DNA of 64,000 bases from Patescibacteria group bacterium. GTDB lineage: Bacteria; Patescibacteriota; Doudnabacteria; UBA920; O2-02-FULL-48-8. The notes beneath the pieces are model-generated. The model ran no database searches. It had not been told where the DNA came from and saw only the letters and a program-made list of their open reading frames with translations. The DNA is taken from the NCBI GenBank assembly GCA_036278915.1, contig DASUKB010000002.1, positions 30,152 to 94,151 of the forward strand, given 5' to 3'. A program made the position numbers and the translations under genes. Of this stretch, positions 59,970-64,000 are shown piece by piece (within the stretch, counting starts at the first letter, position 1; each line of letters begins with the position of its first letter).

Positions 59970-60676
59970 ATTTCATAACCCACTACTTTCGCGACTTTTT
60001 AACTTACCCGCTCATCAATCTTATGGTGTTTGCGTACCATTATATTCCGGACGTGGGCCTGGTTATTATTTTGCTGACTGTCATAATCCGACTGTTGCTC
60101 TTGCCGTCATTCCATAAATCTTTGAAGCACCAGCGCGCTTTGCAAAAACTCCAGCCCAAAATGGATGAGATTAAGGAGAAATATAAAGACGACAAAGAAG
60201 CCCAAAGCAAGGCCATTATGGAACTTTACTCAATTCATAAGGTTAATCCCCTAAGCTCTTGTCTGCCGCTTATAATCCAGATTCCAATACTAATTGCCTT
60301 ATACGAAGTTTTTATCCAGAGTCTCAACGGCAAACCCTTGCAAGGTCTGTACCATTTCGTACCCAATCCCGGCCAAATCAACCCGATGTTTTTGCATTGG
60401 ATTAATCTCGGTTCGCATAATATATATATGGCAATCATTGCCGCAGTGTCCCAATATTTCCTCGGCCGCATGCAGCAGCCGACCCGGTCCAAAGACCCTA
60501 TGGCCAATATGATGCGCACCCAAATGCTCTACCTTTTTCCGGCAGTGACATTGTTTATCGGGTTCAGGCTGCCGGCCGGCCTGGTTTTATACTGGATTGT
60601 CACGACTCTTTTCGGCCTAGGGCAGCAATATTATATTTTAAGGAAAGAGGCGCGCGAAGCGTTGCACGAAGTCTAA
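59966..60676 (+). CDS. yidC: Membrane protein insertase YidC (short Oxa1-like form)
   Basis: 5 TM helices, RLLLLP...KMDEIKEKYKDD...ELY...NPLSSCLP conserved core. Confidence 0.9.
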   Translation: MNFITHYFRDFLTYPLINLMVFAYHYIPDVGLVIILLTVIIRLLLLPSFHKSLKHQRALQKLQPKMDEIKEKYKDDKEAQSKAIMELYSIHKVNPLSSCLPLIIQIPILIALYEVFIQSLNGKPLQGLYHFVPNPGQINPMFLHWINLGSHNIYMAIIAAVSQYFLGRMQQPTRSKDPMANMMRTQMLYLFPAVTLFIGFRLPAGLVLYWIVTTLFGLGQQYYILRKEAREALHEV

Positions 60677-60680
60677 GCTT

Positions 60681-61175
60681 ATGTCAGATTTGGAATCAGT
60701 CAAAGCCAAAATTCTAGAACTCTTTTCCCACATGGGTATCCGAGTGGAAATTTTTGAACGCGTGGAAGAAGGCCGGACCGTGCTGAACCTTAAAACCTCA
60801 GACGCTCAGATCTTAATTGGCAAACAAGGGGCAAACCTTGAGGCTCTCCAGCATATTGTGAGGCTTTTGTCGCGCACTGACTCCGAAGACCGAGTGTCGT
60901 TTGCCTTGGATATTGATGACTACAGGCAGCAGCGCCAAATCTATCTCAAAGAGATGGCGCGCAAGGCCGCAAACCAGGCCAGAACTTCCGGCCGATCCGT
61001 GGCATTGCCGCCCATGCCGCCTTCGGAGCGGCGTGTCGTGCATAACTATCTTTCGTTATTTTCTGATCTACATTCCGAATCCCAAGGACAGGATCCCCAT
61101 CGCAGGATTATCATCCGGATACAAAAAAAGCCGAAAAAATCCGGCGATGACTTCAACTTTATAGAAAATTCGTAA
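60681..61175 (+). CDS. khpB: Jag/KhpB RNA-binding protein (KH plus R3H domains)
   Basis: Follows yidC as in most bacteria; KH-like ILIGKQGANLEALQHIV and C-terminal R3H (ERRVVHNYL). Confidence 0.8.
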   Translation: MSDLESVKAKILELFSHMGIRVEIFERVEEGRTVLNLKTSDAQILIGKQGANLEALQHIVRLLSRTDSEDRVSFALDIDDYRQQRQIYLKEMARKAANQARTSGRSVALPPMPPSERRVVHNYLSLFSDLHSESQGQDPHRRIIIRIQKKPKKSGDDFNFIENS

Positions 61176-61207
61176 AAAAGTAAGTACTAAAGCACTTACT
61201 TTTTAAA
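61174..61207. terminator. Bidirectional terminator (gtaagt..acttac hairpin with A- and T-runs) between jag and the O-antigen-ligase gene
   Basis: Hairpin flanked by AAAAAA and TTTTTT. Confidence 0.4.
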
Positions 61208-62393
61208 TATAGAAAATAGAAATTACAAACCAAAACAAAATCGAGAGATCGTTTTTGAAGTATGGCACGTCCACCAGACCGTGGATGAAAAGTGCTAGCA
61301 GATAGACGAGCGCCGCGGTTTTAAACCAGGCCGGGTTTATGTTCCAGCGCGCGATCGCCGCAATCATAACTGCAAAAAAACTTATGAGTCCAAGCGCGCC
61401 CATTTCAATCCAAAAATTAAAGAATATGTTATGCGGATAATTGAGGATTTCGCCGTGAAAATTTTGCTGTTCTAAAGTCGTTCGGAATCCAGCCAGGCCA
61501 TTGCCCAGAATCGGATTCCGCTCAAGTCTGACCTCTGCCGCTTGCATCAAATCAATTCGTGCTTCCGAGGATGGATCATGTGCCGTAAGAGCAAGTCTTT
61601 GGCGGCTCTGGGGAATAATCAGGAGCACGGCGGCTATGGCCGCGGCGGCGAGTGCCACTTTTTTGATTGGGTATTTGGGCGCCAATATTACCAAAACGCT
61701 GACGGCAAACGCCAGCCAAGCGCCGCGCGAATAAGTCAGGGCCAAAGCGGCGATCATAATTAGGAGCCCTATAAATAAGTTTTTTCGGTTGAGGACGCGT
61801 CCTCCAAACACAAATCCAGCAAAAAAGAAACTGCATAAAGGGGCTAGGTACAATGCAAGTGCATTGGGGTAATCAAAAACCGAAGTGATGCGCTCGACTT
61901 CCGCGCCCGTGCCCCAAAACCTAAGCGGCAGGTGGATGAATGTAGCATACTGCAGGATACCGGCCAGGCTTATGAGAATTGCGCTTAGAAACATAAGATT
62001 GAGCGGTGTGGTAAGATCCTGGATTTTGCGGAGAGTCAGACGCAACGCATAGAAAAAAAGCACCGGTTCTAGAATAAAAGCTTTTAGAATCCCCAGGGCT
62101 GCGTGCCGGTCCGGGGAAATAGCCGCAGAAATAATCCCGGCCAGCACAAAAGCCGCAATAAACCAATTGAGCTTTCCTAAATTTTTAAGCTCAGCAAGCC
62201 TCCAGAAGTTTTTGGCCAAAGTTACCGCTAGAAAAACTATCAATAATAATTCCAGCAATGTCGTGGGGAGTGCGCCGAATTGAAATCGTACTAGGTACGT
62301 TGGCAGAAGTGCCAAAATTAAGCCGACTGCAAACGTCGGCTTAAAATAAGCTATAAGTGCAAACCCTAGAAGTGAAATAGCCAGAATTGTCAT
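61203..62393 (-). CDS. O-antigen ligase / Wzy_C-domain membrane protein
   Basis: About 10 TM helices with the YSRGAWLAF Wzy_C signature and a periplasmic loop. Confidence 0.7.
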   Translation of the reverse strand: MTILAISLLGFALIAYFKPTFAVGLILALLPTYLVRFQFGALPTTLLELLLIVFLAVTLAKNFWRLAELKNLGKLNWFIAAFVLAGIISAAISPDRHAALGILKAFILEPVLFFYALRLTLRKIQDLTTPLNLMFLSAILISLAGILQYATFIHLPLRFWGTGAEVERITSVFDYPNALALYLAPLCSFFFAGFVFGGRVLNRKNLFIGLLIMIAALALTYSRGAWLAFAVSVLVILAPKYPIKKVALAAAAIAAVLLIIPQSRQRLALTAHDPSSEARIDLMQAAEVRLERNPILGNGLAGFRTTLEQQNFHGEILNYPHNIFFNFWIEMGALGLISFFAVMIAAIARWNINPAWFKTAALVYLLALFIHGLVDVPYFKNDLSILFWFVISIFYI

Positions 62394-64000
62394 TTCGGAA
62401 TATTAACGTGGATGCGGATACTGGTCGTTATGCTGCTGGTATCCGAAAGTTTGACCGTGGCAGTGAGAGTCTGCCAGCCTTTTTTGGCGGAATCAATAGT
62501 GAACGTGTATGGCGCGGAATTTTTTGAGCCTTCCGGAATACCATCCAAATCCAGATCGATTTCCGAGACATTACTTGCCCCCGGATCGACCTGCACGTTT
62601 AAAGGCAGGGATGTTATTTCTTGGTTTGACGTCGGCGTAATAAATTTCACCTGGTTGGTTATGAAGTTTTGGTCAACGGATCCGTTATCCTGCTGTGTTG
62701 GAGGATAACTGTAACCGGCGGCTTTGGCCCAAGCTTCAACCGGGTTTTCCCAGGCTGGGTCATTAGGCTTTTCCGAATGGATTACGGTGTAGACCTTGGT
62801 CTCTACCAGATCTGGCGGGGTCTGATCGGTGGCCAACAGACCATTTTGTTTATTGATTTGTACTGGCACATGTACGTCATCGGTTTCTAATTTAGCAAAG
62901 CTTGAAAAAACCTCTTCTTTGGTTGATGGACTGTATTGGGTCGGCAATTTTCCGGAGAGCGAGTCTACGAGTATGTGTTGAATGCCTGCTGGTTCTTGAA
63001 ACTGTTCAACAGGCGTGTCTTTTAGGGCGCTGGCCATAAACTCATGCCAGATCGGGCCGGCTGTAACTACGCCGTCGGCTCCGGCGCGCATAGGCGTGCC
63101 GTCTGTGTTGCCGGTCCAGACGCCAGCCACGAGTGATGGCGTGTAGCCGAGCGTCCAGCCGTCCTTCCAAGATTGTGTGGTGCCGGTTTTGGCAGCCACG
63201 GGCCGGCCGGGAAGGGTCAGCGGTGAATTGGATCCGAACACGAAGGCTCGAGCGTTATTGTCTGAGAGCACGTTGTTAATTTCGTAGGCTACTTGAGGGT
63301 CCAAAACCTGGGTGCCTTCGTCTGCCTGCCATTGCTGGAGGATGTTCCCTTGGGGATCGGTTACGGACAGGATATCGGCGACATTGTGCCGGACGCCTGT
63401 ATTTGCAAAGACGCCCATGGCAGACGTATGGTCTAAAAGTTCAATTTCACAACCGCCCAAGACCAATGACAGACCGCATTTGTCGGCGCTAATGTCCGCG
63501 GTAATACCCATGTCCTTCATGGTATCAATGGCATTTTGAACTCCAACTAAATCCAAAGTTTTGACCGCTGGGACATTCAATGATCCGTCCAGAGCCGTGC
63601 GGATGCTAACCACGCCGTGACTTGAATTGTCGTAGTTGTGCGGTATGTAATCCTTGCCGCCGTAGGTGCCAAAGTCTGTGACTACATCAGTGAGCATGGT
63701 GGCCGGACCCATGCCTTGTTTGAATGCGGTGGCGTAGACATATGGTTTGATTGATGATCCGGGCTGCAGCGGCCGAAGCGTGACATTGACCTGGCCGTCG
63801 ATGTCATCATTAAAGTAGTCGGCCGAACCAACCATGGCCAAGAGCTTGCCCGTTTTTGGGTCAATGGCAATCAAGCCGGCATTATCTGCCTTATTGGATT
63901 TGGTATTGCGCGCCACGCCGTCATCCACAGCTTGTTGCGCCAGTTGCTGGAGGTTCCAGTCTAGAGTCGTGATTACAGTGAGACCGCCTTCCTCAAGCGT
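62390..64000 (-). CDS. Class A penicillin-binding protein (transpeptidase domain plus C-terminal extension); N-terminal part with the transglycosylase domain continues beyond the window edge
   Basis: SxxK (GSSIKP), SxN (SLN) and KTG (KTGTT) motifs. The reading frame stays open from 63928 to 64000 (...TLEEGGLTVITTLDWNLQQLAQQAV...), so the GTG at 63928 is not the real start. Confidence 0.85.
   Translation of the reverse strand, partial: TLEEGGLTVITTLDWNLQQLAQQAVDDGVARNTKSNKADNAGLIAIDPKTGKLLAMVGSADYFNDDIDGQVNVTLRPLQPGSSIKPYVYATAFKQGMGPATMLTDVVTDFGTYGGKDYIPHNYDNSSHGVVSIRTALDGSLNVPAVKTLDLVGVQNAIDTMKDMGITADISADKCGLSLVLGGCEIELLDHTSAMGVFANTGVRHNVADILSVTDPQGNILQQWQADEGTQVLDPQVAYEINNVLSDNNARAFVFGSNSPLTLPGRPVAAKTGTTQSWKDGWTLGYTPSLVAGVWTGNTDGTPMRAGADGVVTAGPIWHEFMASALKDTPVEQFQEPAGIQHILVDSLSGKLPTQYSPSTKEEVFSSFAKLETDDVHVPVQINKQNGLLATDQTPPDLVETKVYTVIHSEKPNDPAWENPVEAWAKAAGYSYPPTQQDNGSVDQNFITNQVKFITPTSNQEITSLPLNVQVDPGASNVSEIDLDLDGIPEGSKNSAPYTFTIDSAKKGWQTLTATVKLSDTSSITTSIRIHVNIPK

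Noticed and set aside
62390-63928. Treating the PBP gene as complete with a GTG start at 63928
   Set aside because: The frame remains open to position 64000 and encodes a typical transglycosylase-transpeptidase linker, so the gene is truncated by the window edge.

Overview
This window reads as a 64-kb stretch of housekeeping chromosome from a small-genome bacterium, dense with coding sequence and with variable GC content. The short ValS, the TsaB shortened to its N-terminal domain and FemAB/VanW/PilB/O-antigen-ligase envelope genes fit a reduced, possibly Patescibacteria/CPR-like lineage; this lineage assignment is an inference. It spans the replication-origin neighbourhood, with dnaA-dnaN-recF diverging from rpmH-rnpA-yidD-yidC-jag. 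It also carries uvrA, uvrC and uvrB, ruvA and ruvB, polA, rpoB-rpoC, rpsF-ssb-rpsR, efp, rnj, trpS, valS and the dispersed tsaD/tsaB/tsaE genes. Other content includes two tandem thioredoxin-reductase paralogues, folD, a GGDEF cyclase, pilB, an MFS transporter, FemAB, VanW, a class-A PBP running off the 3' edge, and tRNA-Leu(CAG) and tRNA-Glu(UUC). The most unusual feature is a family of short GC-rich palindromic elements (consensus roughly CCCCC-YAA-CCCCCTCTT-loop-AAGAGGGGG). They are inserted in frame into essential genes: twice in uvrC, once in valS, with degenerate traces in ychF and a membrane protein. One copy sits intergenic, where it looks like a terminator. This resembles the in-frame palindromic elements described in Rickettsia. 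Other points of interest are: a roughly 940-bp segment bracketed by about 45-nt direct repeats that encodes two small Cys-rich proteins and has a MITE-like 73-nt insert in one repeat; a family-2 glycosyltransferase frameshifted within a G9 homopolymer; a catalytically degenerate DHH/NrnA-like gene immediately upstream of pilB; a T-box-like leader before valS; a 35-nt element shared by the ssb-rpsR and rpoB-rpoC spacers; and clustered DnaA-box-like 9-mers upstream of dnaA. No CRISPR array, rRNA, tmRNA or transposase was seen.
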